A stretch of 32,000 nt of DNA from contig JAGBIO010000011.1 of assembly GCA_017934955.1 (NCBI GenBank), positions 1 through 32,000 of the forward strand, in the 5' to 3' direction. The notes under the pieces are model-generated. The model did no database searches. It was not told the DNA's origin and saw only the letters and a list, made by a program, of their open reading frames with translations. The translations under genes and the position numbers were made by a program. This document shows positions 17,096 to 24,663 of this stretch, piece by piece. The number at the start of each line of letters is the position of its first letter. Within the stretch, counting starts at the first letter, position 1. Source of the stretch: Clostridia bacterium (GTDB taxonomy: Bacteria > Bacillota > Clostridia > TANB77 > RGIG9151).

Positions 17096-17437
17096 TTAAC
17101 TTTTTTCTTGTTGTACCCGAAGGTTGGTGAGGGTACGATACCACTCATTATAGAACATGAGCGGTAAAGTTGCACCTCTGAAGCCGTTATTATCGACTTG
17201 CTCGGTTTTAAAAGGCTTATTGAGCTTCATACAAGCTAAGTACTGGTGGATTCCGGTGGCGATGAACGTGACTTTATTGTGCGTATAAACTTGAATCGGA
17301 GGGAGTTCTTGCTCGGATTTCAGCATTTGTACGTAAGAGATAAACAGCGAGGTGTTGACTTGGTGCGGTGCGATGTTGGGTACTAAGAAGTTATACTTGG
17401 TAAAGTAGTTATAAAGATAGTTATAGACCGTCTCCAT
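17096..17437 (-). CDS. hypothetical protein (113 aa, no family recognised)
   Basis: A strong RBS (AAAGGAGG, complement of 17445-17452), a TTTACA-17-TATAAT promoter on the minus strand and an intrinsic terminator just after the stop all argue for a real gene. It is one of only three minus-strand genes here. Confidence 0.6.
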   Translation of the reverse strand: METVYNYLYNYFTKYNFLVPNIAPHQVNTSLFISYVQMLKSEQELPPIQVYTHNKVTFIATGIHQYLACMKLNKPFKTEQVDNNGFRGATLPLMFYNEWYRTLTNLRVQQEKS

Positions 17438-17467
17438 TGTTTTACCTCCTTTGGTGGTTTAACGTCT

Positions 17468-17482
17468 TGTAACAGTGTTACA
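17468..17482. promoter_or_regulatory. 15-bp palindrome TGTAAC-AGT-GTTACA in the 5' UTR of the 113-aa gene (operator-like)
   Basis: A perfect 6-3-6 inverted repeat between the predicted -10 box and the RBS. The half-site resembles the CTGTAAC motif at the outer ends of the composite elements. Confidence 0.35.
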
Positions 17483-17503
17483 GAATAAAATAGATTTTCC
17501 CAT

Positions 17504-17532
17504 ATTATAAATGATATGCGCGAATTTGTAAA
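17504..17532 (-). promoter_or_regulatory. sigma-A type promoter for the 113-aa minus-strand gene
   Basis: On the minus strand: TTTACA (complement of 17527-17532), 17 nt, then TATAAT (complement of 17504-17509). The -35 box lies at the outer edge of composite element B. Confidence 0.6.
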
Positions 17533-17679
17533 CTATGACTAAATTAGAACAAAAGTGGATAGCATGAATGCTGTCCGAAGAATAGGCAGATAGTAGAAAT
17601 AGGACACAATAAATTGTGTCCCTACAATAGATTAAGAAACATTCGAGGTACAGGTGTAAATTTAAGTCTGAACTGTAAC
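17528..17679. mobile_element. MITE-like composite element, copy B
   Basis: The left end is GTAAACTATGACTAAATTAG (17528-17547). Two hairpins follow. The right arm CCCTACAATAGATTAAGAAACATTCGAGGTACAGGTGTAAATTTAAGTCTGAACTGTAAC closely matches copy A. Confidence 0.55.
17557..17625. repeat. REP-like palindromes (orf113-tilS gap)
   Basis: A degenerate type A, GGATAGCATGAATGCTGTCC, is at 17557-17576. Type B GGACACAATAAATTGTGTCC is at 17602-17621, followed by CTAC. A half-palindrome remnant, GAATGCTGCCCGTA, lies near 17684-17697. Confidence 0.9.
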
Positions 17680-17721
17680 CATGCGAATGCTGCCCGTAAA
17701 ATGGTAAGATAGGAGTAAACT

Positions 17722-19083
17722 ATGGAATTAAAGGAAAAAGTTCGAAGAACCGGTTTCATTCAATCAGGGGATAAAATAATAGCGGGGGTTTCCGGGGGAC
17801 CGGATTCTGTTTGTATGCTTTCGATTTTGACGGAATTGGCGAAGGAAATGCAGTTTGAGCTGATTGTGGTACATATCAATCATATGTTGCGGGATGTGGC
17901 TGATGAGGAAGAGGAATACGTAAAGAATCTTTCGCTACAGTTAGGCGTTCCTTTTTTTTCGAAGAAAGCGGATGTACGTTCTTTGAGCAAGGAGTGGAAG
18001 CTATCTTGCGAAGAGGCGGCGAGGAAGGTTCGATATGATTTCTTTTATGAGATTTTAGAAAAAACGGGAGCGAATAAAATTGCGGTTGCGCATAATGCGA
18101 ACGATCATGTTGAAACAATGTTATTGAATTTGATCCGGGGAAGCGGATTGGATGGACTTTGTGGAATTCAACGGAACAACGGTGAGATTATTCGTCCGCT
18201 GTTGGAAATTTCGCGAGAAGAGATTGAAGAATATTTGAAGGAGCGAAAGATTACGGCAAGGATCGATGCGACTAATTTCGAGGAAGTGTATACAAGAAAT
18301 AAAATCCGAAATCGCTTGCTTCCTTATTTGACAGAATTAAATCCGAATATCCTTTCGACGCTTTATCGGACTTCGGAAATTTTAAATGATGTGCGGTGTA
18401 TTTTGCGGGACGTGACAGAGAAGGAGTATCAGCAGGTAAAAAAAGCAACCGGAATTTTAGATAAAACACGTTTCTTGGCGCTTTCGTCGGAGTTACGTAG
18501 AGAAGTTTTGCGATTGGCGATTGGGGAGTTTCACGGGAATCGAAAGGATATTTCTTACGAAAATTTACAAAATGCAGTTCGAATTTTGGAAAATGCACAG
18601 TCGGGCACGGTTGTTGAGCTTTTGAAGGGTTTGAAAATTAAGGTAGAATATGAGAATATTTGCTTTTTGAAAGGGTCGGAATTACGGAAGTTTTATGAGT
18701 ATGAGTTAAAGGTTCCCGGGATAACGATGATTCCGGAAACCGGGAGAAAAATAAAGGCGGAAATTGTTTCGGTAAATCAGGTGGAAAATGTTGCATTTTC
18801 TAAAAATAAAGTAGTTTTAGATGTTGCAAAAACCGGAAAAAAGTTATATGTTAGAAATAAGCGTTCGGGAGACTTTTTTTATCCTACCGGAATGAGCGGA
18901 AAGAAAACGCTGAAAAAGTTTTTTTCGGATTTGAAAATATCGGAAAAGGAGCGAAATGAATGGCCGATATTGACGACGGAAAAGGAAGTTGTTTGGATAA
19001 TCGGAAAACGCTTATCAAGAAAATTTTTAAAAGAGGAATCAACAAAGGAGGTTATTATTTTAGATTATGGAGAAAATATATGA
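17722..19083 (+). CDS. tilS: tRNA(Ile)-lysidine synthase
   Basis: PP-loop SGGPDS motif in [13 protein letters not shown]. Long form with a C-terminal domain. Conserved tilS-hpt-ftsH order. Confidence 0.85.
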   Translation: MELKEKVRRTGFIQSGDKIIAGVSGGPDSVCMLSILTELAKEMQFELIVVHINHMLRDVADEEEEYVKNLSLQLGVPFFSKKADVRSLSKEWKLSCEEAARKVRYDFFYEILEKTGANKIAVAHNANDHVETMLLNLIRGSGLDGLCGIQRNNGEIIRPLLEISREEIEEYLKERKITARIDATNFEEVYTRNKIRNRLLPYLTELNPNILSTLYRTSEILNDVRCILRDVTEKEYQQVKKATGILDKTRFLALSSELRREVLRLAIGEFHGNRKDISYENLQNAVRILENAQSGTVVELLKGLKIKVEYENICFLKGSELRKFYEYELKVPGITMIPETGRKIKAEIVSVNQVENVAFSKNKVVLDVAKTGKKLYVRNKRSGDFFYPTGMSGKKTLKKFFSDLKISEKERNEWPILTTEKEVVWIIGKRLSRKFLKEESTKEVIILDYGENI

Positions 19084-19615
19084 GAGTATCGAAAAAGTAT
19101 TGATTTCAAAAGAAGAAATAGAAGCAAGAATTACGGAACTCGGAAAACAGCTTACCGAGGATTTTGCAGGAGAGGAACTTGTGGTGGTTGGTGTTTTAAA
19201 GGGTAGCTTTATTTTTATGTCGGATTTGGTTCGAAATATTGATTTGCCGCTTGATTTGGATTTTATGGTTTGCTCCAGCTATAAAGGAAAGACGGAAAGT
19301 TCCGGCAATGTAAAAATTATTAAAGACATAAATGTGGATGTAGAGAATAAAGTGGTGTTAATTGTGGAAGATATTATCGATACCGGTCTTACAATGAGTC
19401 ACTTAAAGGAATTGTTTAGAGTTCGTAAGTGTAAAGATTTTAAAATCTGTTCGTTATTGGATAAAAAGGAAAGAAGAAAAACAGAGATTCATGCGGATTA
19501 TGTTGGGTTTGATGTTCCGAATGAGTTTGTAGTGGGATATGGTCTTGATTATGACGGAAAATACAGAAATCTTCCGGATATCGGAGTTTTAAAACCGGAA
19601 GTATATCAAGAATAA
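19067..19615 (+). CDS. hpt: hypoxanthine phosphoribosyltransferase
   Basis: PRPP-binding motif [15 protein letters not shown] and the FVVGYGLDY tail. It overlaps the tilS 3' end by 17 nt. Confidence 0.85.
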   Translation: MEKIYESIEKVLISKEEIEARITELGKQLTEDFAGEELVVVGVLKGSFIFMSDLVRNIDLPLDLDFMVCSSYKGKTESSGNVKIIKDINVDVENKVVLIVEDIIDTGLTMSHLKELFRVRKCKDFKICSLLDKKERRKTEIHADYVGFDVPNEFVVGYGLDYDGKYRNLPDIGVLKPEVYQE

Positions 19616-19620
19616 AAATA

Positions 19621-19731
19621 TAACAGAAGTTGCGTTAAAAATGCTTCGACGGAAGTATACTCATGTGTTAGGAAAGTTGTTGCGCAACTTGCGTTCAGTG
19701 CAGGTGTTTTGCCTGCACAAAACACTTTTTT
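19621..19731 (+). repeat. X-family repeat, copy X2 (hpt-ftsH gap)
   Basis: The sequence is ...GTTAAAAATGCTTCGACGGAAGTATACTCATGTGTTAGGAAAGTTGTTGCGCAACTTGCGTTCAGTGCAGGTGTTTTGCCTGCACAAAACACTTTTTT. Blocks shared with X1 are TAAAAAYGCTYCG, GGAAGYAYACTCA, TGCGCAACTYGCGTTC and GTGTTTTGCC..CAAAACACTTTTTT. Confidence 0.7.
19704..19731 (+). terminator. terminator hairpin at the end of X2, immediately upstream of the ftsH RBS
   Basis: GTGTTTTG (19704-19711) pairs with CAAAACAC (19718-19725) around a 6-nt loop, followed by TTTTTT (19726-19731). An alternative pairing, GTGCAGG (19698-19704) / CCTGCAC (19712-19718), is mutually exclusive with it. Confidence 0.55.
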
Positions 19732-19745
19732 AGGAGGTTATATGA

Positions 19746-21557
19746 TTGAAGAGAAAAGGATTTGATTGGGTCAGCGTACTGATTGTATTTGGCGTTATTT
19801 TATTTATGTGTTCTGTATTTTTCTCTCCTGCGTCAGAACCGGTAACAGAGATGCAGTATTCTGAGCTGATGAAAAAAATTGAGTTGAATGAAGTAAAGTC
19901 AATTACGGATAATGAGTCTTCTGAAGCGTTGATAGAGCTAAAGGATGGAACAAAATATACTTGTGATCTTCCGGCGCAGAATATGATTGCAGCGAAATAT
20001 GATGAGCTTTTAGCGGAAGGAAAAGATTTTGAATATAAGTATGTCCCGCTTGCTACAGCGCCTTGGTGGGTAAGTTTACTCCCGACTTTAGTGATTATTA
20101 TTTTGTGTGTATTATTCTGGTTTATGATTGTTCAGCCGTCGGCGAATGGAGGCGGAAAAGCGATGTCTTTCGGAAAGAGTCGTGCAAAGCTTAATAACGG
20201 AAATGCGAAGGATAAGATTACTTTCCGTGATGTTGCGGGTGTGGACGAGGAAAAAGAGGAATTACAGGAAATTGTGGAGTTTTTAAAATCTCCTAAGAAG
20301 TTTACCGATATGGGGGCAAGAATTCCGAAGGGAGTTTTGCTGGTAGGACCTCCGGGAACGGGTAAGACGTTATTGGCGAAGGCAGTATCCGGAGAAGCGG
20401 GAGTACCGTTTTTCAGTATCAGTGGTTCGGATTTCGTGGAAATGTTTGTCGGCGTCGGTGCGTCGCGTGTAAGAGATTTGTTTGAACAGGCGAAGAAAAA
20501 TTCCCCGTGTATTGTGTTTATTGATGAGATTGATGCGGTTGGTCGTCAGAGAGGCGCCGGTGTCGGTGGCGGACATGATGAGAGAGAACAAACGTTGAAT
20601 CAGCTATTGGTGGAAATGGATGGATTCGGTGTTAATGAAGGAGTTATTATTTTGGCAGCAACAAACCGTCCGGATGTATTGGATCCTGCGTTATTAAGAC
20701 CGGGAAGATTTGATCGTCAAGTAGCGGTTGGTTCTCCGGATATTTTGGGAAGAGAAGCGATTTTGAAGGTTCATGCGAGAAAGAAGCCGCTTGCGGAAGA
20801 TGTGGATTTGAATGTTTTGGCGAAAAATACATCGGGATTTAGCGGTGCGGATTTAGAAAATATGCTAAATGAGGCGGCGCTTTTAGCGGCGAGACGAGAT
20901 AAAAAGCAAATCGGAATGGCGGAAATTGAGGATGCCATTGTGAAAGTGATTGTCGGTACGGAAAAGAAGAGCCGTGTGATTAATGAGAGAGAAAAGAAAT
21001 TAACGGCTTATCATGAAGCGGGTCATGCTGTCGTTAGTAAGTATCTTCCGACCCAAGATCCGGTACATCAGGTTTCGATTGTACCGCGTGGAAGAGCCGG
21101 CGGATACACGATGTATCGTCCAAATGAAGATAAGTCTTATCGTTCGAAGACCGAAATGGAAGAAAGTATTGTTTCATTATTGGGCGGAAGAGTTGCAGAA
21201 AAGATGATTTTGGATGATATTAGTACCGGAGCTCAAAATGATATTGAACGGGCAACTGCTACCGCGAGAAATATGGTGACGAAGTATGGTATGAGTGATG
21301 TTTTAGGTCCGATTACTTTCGGGGACGATAACGATGAAGTATTTTTGGGCAGAGGATTTGCTCATTCTCGAACGTATAGTGAAGAAGTGGCTCGAGAAAT
21401 CGATGAGGAAATTAAGAAGATTATTCAAAAGGCGTATGTGAAAGCGGAGGGTATTTTAAAAGAACATATTGAAAAATTGCATACCGTTGCACAACTTCTT
21501 TTGGAGAAGGAAAAGATCGATGGAGAAGAGTTTAATGCTATTTTTGAAGAAGCATAA
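19746..21557 (+). CDS. ftsH: ATP-dependent zinc metalloprotease FtsH
   Basis: Two TM segments, AAA+ Walker A GPPGTGKT, Walker [12 protein letters not shown] region, and zinc motif HEAGHA. The start is TTG, 7 nt after AGGAGG (19733-19738). The ATG at 19742 is in a frame that stops after 7 codons. Confidence 0.9.
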   Translation: MKRKGFDWVSVLIVFGVILFMCSVFFSPASEPVTEMQYSELMKKIELNEVKSITDNESSEALIELKDGTKYTCDLPAQNMIAAKYDELLAEGKDFEYKYVPLATAPWWVSLLPTLVIIILCVLFWFMIVQPSANGGGKAMSFGKSRAKLNNGNAKDKITFRDVAGVDEEKEELQEIVEFLKSPKKFTDMGARIPKGVLLVGPPGTGKTLLAKAVSGEAGVPFFSISGSDFVEMFVGVGASRVRDLFEQAKKNSPCIVFIDEIDAVGRQRGAGVGGGHDEREQTLNQLLVEMDGFGVNEGVIILAATNRPDVLDPALLRPGRFDRQVAVGSPDILGREAILKVHARKKPLAEDVDLNVLAKNTSGFSGADLENMLNEAALLAARRDKKQIGMAEIEDAIVKVIVGTEKKSRVINEREKKLTAYHEAGHAVVSKYLPTQDPVHQVSIVPRGRAGGYTMYRPNEDKSYRSKTEMEESIVSLLGGRVAEKMILDDISTGAQNDIERATATARNMVTKYGMSDVLGPITFGDDNDEVFLGRGFAHSRTYSEEVAREIDEEIKKIIQKAYVKAEGILKEHIEKLHTVAQLLLEKEKIDGEEFNAIFEEA

Positions 21558-21560
21558 GAT

Positions 21561-21588
21561 AAAAGAGTGAGAGAATCTCACTCTTTTG
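21561..21588 (+). terminator. intrinsic terminator of ftsH
   Basis: AGAGTGAGA-GAA-TCTCACTCT (21564-21584) followed by TTTT. Confidence 0.75.
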
Positions 21589-21604
21589 TATTGTAAGGAT
21601 ATTA

Positions 21605-21670
21605 GGACACAATGAATTGTGTCCGTACATAAAAAGCAGATGTGTTGTAGGAACACAATTTATTGTGTCC
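21605..21670. repeat. REP-like palindromes (ftsH-acpS gap)
   Basis: Type B GGACACAATGAATTGTGTCC at 21605-21624 (+GTAC). A type B copy with a 1-nt bulge, GTAG+GAACACAATTTATTGTGTCC, at 21647-21670. Confidence 0.9.
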
Positions 21671-21704
21671 GTATAAAGTCTGGTGTAATGACTGGGGTGA
21701 TAAT

Positions 21705-22076
21705 ATGAATTGTGGAGTTGATTTGATTGAGATATCGAGGATAAAAGAATCGATTGAGGAGCATGGGGATGCTTTTGTGAAGAGAATTTTTACCGAGCGG
21801 GAAATCGAGTATTGCGAGTTACATAGAGCGGCTAAGTATCAGCATTATGCCGTTCGTTTTGCGGCGAAAGAGGCGGTTGCGAAGATGTTTGGAACCGGTT
21901 TTAACGGGAGCTTTGACTGGTTAGAGATTGAAGTGCAAAATGAGAAATCCGGGAAACCAAATGTAGTGTTAATGGGTCGAGCGCGGGCGCTTTTGGAGGA
22001 GCTTGGAATGACAAAGATTACCGTTAGTTTATCTCACTCGAAAGAATATGCGACTTGTATGGTAATTGGATATTGA
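21705..22076 (+). CDS. acpS: holo-[acyl-carrier-protein] synthase
   Basis: GVDLIEISRI...FTEREIEY...RFAAKEAVAKMFG...SLSHSKEYA are AcpS motifs. The start was moved to ATG 21705. The track's 21663 start begins inside a repeat hairpin. Confidence 0.85.
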   Translation: MNCGVDLIEISRIKESIEEHGDAFVKRIFTEREIEYCELHRAAKYQHYAVRFAAKEAVAKMFGTGFNGSFDWLEIEVQNEKSGKPNVVLMGRARALLEELGMTKITVSLSHSKEYATCMVIGY

Positions 22077-22101
22077 CAAATGCTGAAATTATGAGTATAA
22101 T
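22073..22101 (+). promoter_or_regulatory. consensus sigma-A promoter for rpsU-yqeY
   Basis: TTGACA (22073-22078, overlapping the acpS stop), exactly 17 nt, then TATAAT (22096-22101). Confidence 0.7.
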
Positions 22102-22186
22102 AGTGAAAGTCGGACAAGTTTTTGTATATAGGTTTACTGATATAGATGATCTTGTGGTACGTATTAGCTGAGAGGAGGGTAGAGAC

Positions 22187-22363
22187 ATGTCTGAAATTAA
22201 GTTAAAAGAAAATGAATCTTTAGATAATGCATTAAAGAGATTTAAGAGACAATGCGCAAAGAGCGGGGTTATGTCTGAACTCCGAAAGAGAGAGCACTAC
22301 GATAAGCCCAGTGTAAGAAGAAAGAAAAAATCTGAGGCTGCGAGAAAGAGAAAATTCAGATAG
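22187..22363 (+). CDS. rpsU: 30S ribosomal protein S21 (58 aa; below the ORF-track length cutoff)
   Basis: My own translation gives [70 protein letters not shown] lies at 22172-22179. A consensus promoter is upstream and a terminator downstream. The rpsU-yqeY pairing matches Bacillus. Confidence 0.9.
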   Translation: MSEIKLKENESLDNALKRFKRQCAKSGVMSELRKREHYDKPSVRRKKKSEAARKRKFR

Positions 22364-22370
22364 AAAATTG

Positions 22371-22410
22371 AGAGGCATCCGGCGCGAAAGAATCGGACTG
22401 CCTCTTTTTT
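22371..22410 (+). terminator. intrinsic terminator after rpsU
   Basis: GAGGCATCCG ... CGGACTGCCTC (one bulge) followed by TTTTTT (22405-22410). Confidence 0.65.
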
Positions 22411-22435
22411 CGTTATTAAAAAAGGAGGAGTATAT

Positions 22436-22882
22436 ATGTCATTAAAAGATACGTTTATGGAGGAAATGAAAAACGCGATGAAGGAGAAAGACGAATTGAA
22501 GAAAAATGTTGTTACGATGGTTCGTTCGGCAATTAAGCAATATGAGGTGGATAACCGCGTGGAGTTGGATGATGCGGGGGTATTGGAGATTGTTGCGAAG
22601 GAAGTTAAAAAGAGAAAAGATTCGTTACCGGAATATGAGAAAAGCGGAAGAACCGAGTTAATTGAAAATTTGAATCGTGAGATTGCGTATTTGGCGAAGT
22701 ATTTGCCGGAACAGCTTTCAGAAGCGGAGGTAAGAGAAATTGTTGCTTCTACGATTCAGGAAATCGGTGCTGCCGGAATGAAGGATATGGGAAAAGTGAT
22801 GAGTGCCGTTATTGCTAAGACAAAGGGCAGAGCGGACGGAAAAGTGATTAACGGAATTGTGAAGGAATTGTTGAATGCTTAA
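22436..22882 (+). CDS. yqeY: GatB/YqeY domain-containing protein
   Basis: A 148-aa helical protein with a typical YqeY N-terminus (L.....MK.AMK......). It lies immediately after rpsU. AGGAGG RBS. Confidence 0.8.
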   Translation: MSLKDTFMEEMKNAMKEKDELKKNVVTMVRSAIKQYEVDNRVELDDAGVLEIVAKEVKKRKDSLPEYEKSGRTELIENLNREIAYLAKYLPEQLSEAEVREIVASTIQEIGAAGMKDMGKVMSAVIAKTKGRADGKVINGIVKELLNA

Positions 22883-22886
22883 AATA

Positions 22887-23144
22887 GTTACAGGTTAGAC
22901 TCAAATTTATAAAGAAGGCACAATCCTGTAGGGACAGCATTTATGCTGTCCACAGAAAAGGCAGAAAGGCAGGACAGCATAAATGCTGTCCCTACAAATA
23001 ACTTTCCACTGATACCGTAGGGACACAATTTATTGTGTCCTAATTCTAATAGCAGGCTATTTCGTGGACACAATAGATTGTGTCCCTACAAAGGAATACA
23101 GGACATTTCGTACATATAGAAAATTATTAAGTCTGAGCCCTAAC
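22887..23144. mobile_element. Non-coding composite element with terminal inverted repeats (MITE-like), copy E1
   Basis: The left end is GTTACAGGTTAGACTCAAATTTATAAA (22887-22913). The right end is TATAGAAAATTATTAAGTCTGAGCCCTAAC (23115-23144), which is related to it in inverted orientation. A 52-nt internal block (23017-23068) matches E2 29600-29651 at 50 of 52 positions. Confidence 0.65.
22928..23089. repeat. Two REPIN-like doublets (A-A and B-B) in the yqeY-infC gap
   Basis: A-A doublet at 22928-22995 (hairpins 22932-22951 and 22972-22991, flanked by GTAG and CTAC). B-B doublet at 23017-23089 (hairpins 23021-23040 and 23066-23085, flanked by GTAG and CTAC), with spacer TAATTCTAATAGCAGGCTATTTCGT. 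Confidence 0.95.
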
Positions 23145-23173
23145 TGAATTTGCTGTAAAAGCAAAAAAAGTGG

Positions 23174-23202
23174 TTGACAAAACTAATTTTCTGTTGTAAA
23201 AT
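23174..23202 (+). promoter_or_regulatory. sigma-A promoter for the infC-rpmI-rplT operon
   Basis: TTGACA (23174-23179), 17 nt, then TAAAAT (23197-23202). Confidence 0.65.
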
Positions 23203-23208
23203 ATTTAG

Positions 23209-23325
23209 AGTAAAGAAGAAGTTATCCACTTCTCACCTTCCGAATTTTGTTTTGGATGGTTCTGATAATTAAGTCTTGTCTTAGTTTATTTGGTGTGGAT
23301 TAACTTCGTTAATCCACATTTTTTA
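23209..23325 (+). promoter_or_regulatory. L20-leader-like 5' UTR attenuator upstream of infC
   Basis: A leader of about 130 nt lies between the promoter and infC. It ends in the hairpin GTGGATTAAC-TTCG-TTAATCCAC (23295-23317) plus ATTTTTT, immediately before the infC RBS. Firmicute infC operons are known to carry an L20-binding leader with such a terminator. I have not run a covariance model. Confidence 0.55.
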
Positions 23326-23340
23326 TTGGAGGGGATTCGT

Positions 23341-23850
23341 ATTAAAGAAGAAACAAAAATTAATGAAGAAATCAGATGTAAAGAAATTCGTGTAATCGAT
23401 TCGGATGGTACTATGCTTGGTATCATGACGCCGGATGCGGCAATGAAGATTGCGGATGAAAAGGAATTGGATTTGGTGATGATTGCGCCGACTGCGGTAC
23501 CGCCGGTTTGTAAGGTGATGGATTACGGGAAATATCGCTTTGAGGAAATGAAAAAGGAAAAAGAAGCTAAGAAAAAGCAGAAAGTTATTGATATCAAAGA
23601 AATTCGAATTTCTCCGAATATCGAACAGCATGATTTTGAATTTAAGGTAAAGAATGCGGCGTCCTTTTTGAAGAACGGAAACAAAGTGAAAATTACATTG
23701 CGTTTCAGAGGAAGAGAAGCAAGTTATGCGGCTCTTGGTGAAAAAGTATTGATGAAGTTTAAGGATGCGTTGGAAGAAGTAGGAACAGTGGAAAAGCCTC
23801 CGAAGATGGAAGGCAGAAGTATGATTATGATTGTTGTTCCAAAAAATTAG
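23341..23850 (+). CDS. infC: translation initiation factor IF-3 (non-canonical ATT start proposed)
   Basis: INEEIRCKEIRVIDSDG...DLVMIAP...PPVCKVMDYGKYRFE...IRISPNIEQHDFEFK are IF-3 motifs. The track's TTG 23290 lies inside the leader terminator hairpin. ATT 23341 lies 6 nt after GGAGGGG (23328-23334) and fits the known use of rare start codons by infC. Confidence 0.85.
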   Translation: MKEETKINEEIRCKEIRVIDSDGTMLGIMTPDAAMKIADEKELDLVMIAPTAVPPVCKVMDYGKYRFEEMKKEKEAKKKQKVIDIKEIRISPNIEQHDFEFKVKNAASFLKNGNKVKITLRFRGREASYAALGEKVLMKFKDALEEVGTVEKPPKMEGRSMIMIVVPKN

Positions 23851-23859
23851 TCAGTAGTG

Positions 23860-23948
23860 AGAATGTTCTGAGTCCGGGCGAGCACAGCTCGCCCCTACAA
23901 TGATTTTGTACAGGAATTTTGTTTGAAATTTATGTTTCAGAACATTTT
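23860..23948. mobile_element. Miniature variant of the same element carrying a different GC-rich hairpin (type C)
   Basis: A 10-bp inverted repeat, AATGTTCTGA (23862-23871) / TCAGAACATT (23937-23946), flanks the hairpin GGGCGAGC-ACA-GCTCGCCC (23876-23894). This is followed by CCCTACAATGATTTTGTACAGG...AAATTTATGTTTCAGAAC, which shares blocks with the right arm of copies A and B. Confidence 0.5.
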
Positions 23949-24040
23949 TATGAATATAAAAACTTGGTTCTGTTTGGGTTTTATGATTCTCAGGAACTGT
24001 AGTTGAAAAAATATTGTATTTAAGATAGGGGGATTTTAAC

Positions 24041-24238
24041 ATGCCAAAGATTAAAACTCGCAGAAGTGCTGCAAAAAGATTTTCGTTTACAAAGTCCGGT
24101 TTGGTAAAGAGAGCGAATGCTAACAGAAGACATTTATTAAACGGAAAAGCTCCTAAGAGAATGAGAGCTTTAAGAAAGACAAGTTTTGCAGATAAAACAA
24201 ATGTTGATGCAATCAAGAAAATGTTACCGTATGCGTAA
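24041..24238 (+). CDS. rpmI: 50S ribosomal protein L35
   Basis: MPKIKTRRSAAKRFSFTKSGLVKR is the canonical L35 N-terminus. Confidence 0.9.
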   Translation: MPKIKTRRSAAKRFSFTKSGLVKRANANRRHLLNGKAPKRMRALRKTSFADKTNVDAIKKMLPYA

Positions 24239-24271
24239 TGGTTATGAATTTTTAGTTGGGAGGAATAGAAA

Positions 24272-24625
24272 ATGGCAAGAGTAAAATCGGGTATGACAAC
24301 TCGTCAAAAACATAAAAAAGTGCTTAAAATGGCAAAAGGCTATTTCGGAGCAAAAAGCGTAAGATTCAGAATGGCGAACCAAGCGGTTATGAAGTCTTTG
24401 AACTACGCTTATATCGGAAGAAGATTAAAGAAAAGAGATTTCAGACAACTTTGGATTGCTCGAATCAATGCAGCTGCAAGAATGAATGGTATGTCTTACA
24501 GCAGATTTGTTTCGGGATTGAAGAAAGCAGGAGTAAACATTAACAGAAAAATGTTATCTGAAATTGCAATTGCTGATGCAGAAGGCTTTAAAAAATTAGT
24601 TGAAGTTGCTAAGAGCGCAAAGTAA
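24272..24625 (+). CDS. rplT: 50S ribosomal protein L20
   Basis: [27 protein letters not shown]...[24 protein letters not shown] is a classic L20 sequence. Confidence 0.9.
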   Translation: MARVKSGMTTRQKHKKVLKMAKGYFGAKSVRFRMANQAVMKSLNYAYIGRRLKKRDFRQLWIARINAAARMNGMSYSRFVSGLKKAGVNINRKMLSEIAIADAEGFKKLVEVAKSAK

Positions 24626-24632
24626 GAAAATA

Positions 24633-24663
24633 AATAGGGTGTCATTGTGGCACTCTATTTTTA
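24633..24663 (+). terminator. intrinsic terminator of rplT
   Basis: AATAGGGTG...CACTCTATT stem (one G-U pair) followed by a T-run. Confidence 0.6.

Noticed and set aside
16747-17167. ORFs 16747-17001(+), 16937-17167(+) and 16734-17144(-) in the dnaB downstream region.
   Set aside because: They run through the X1 repeat and two terminator hairpins or overlap the dnaB 3' end. They have no RBS, and their sequence is better explained as structured non-coding DNA.
22888-23073. Short ORFs lying wholly in repeat clusters: 6704-6946(-), 6768-6959(-), 10008-10445(-), 15341-15568(-), 22888-23073(-), 24678-24944(-), 21456-21656(-).
   Set aside because: They consist of translated repeat sequence. The same 'peptides' recur because the DNA is repeated in both orientations. 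They have no RBS, and they overlap better-supported genes or non-coding elements.
23262-23275. The TTAAGTCT word inside the infC leader (ATAATTAAGTCTTGTC) might be another TIR copy.
   Set aside because: Only about 8-10 nt match, no partner inverted repeat or hairpin lies nearby, and it sits within a leader that is expected to be structured. A chance match in AT-rich sequence is likely.
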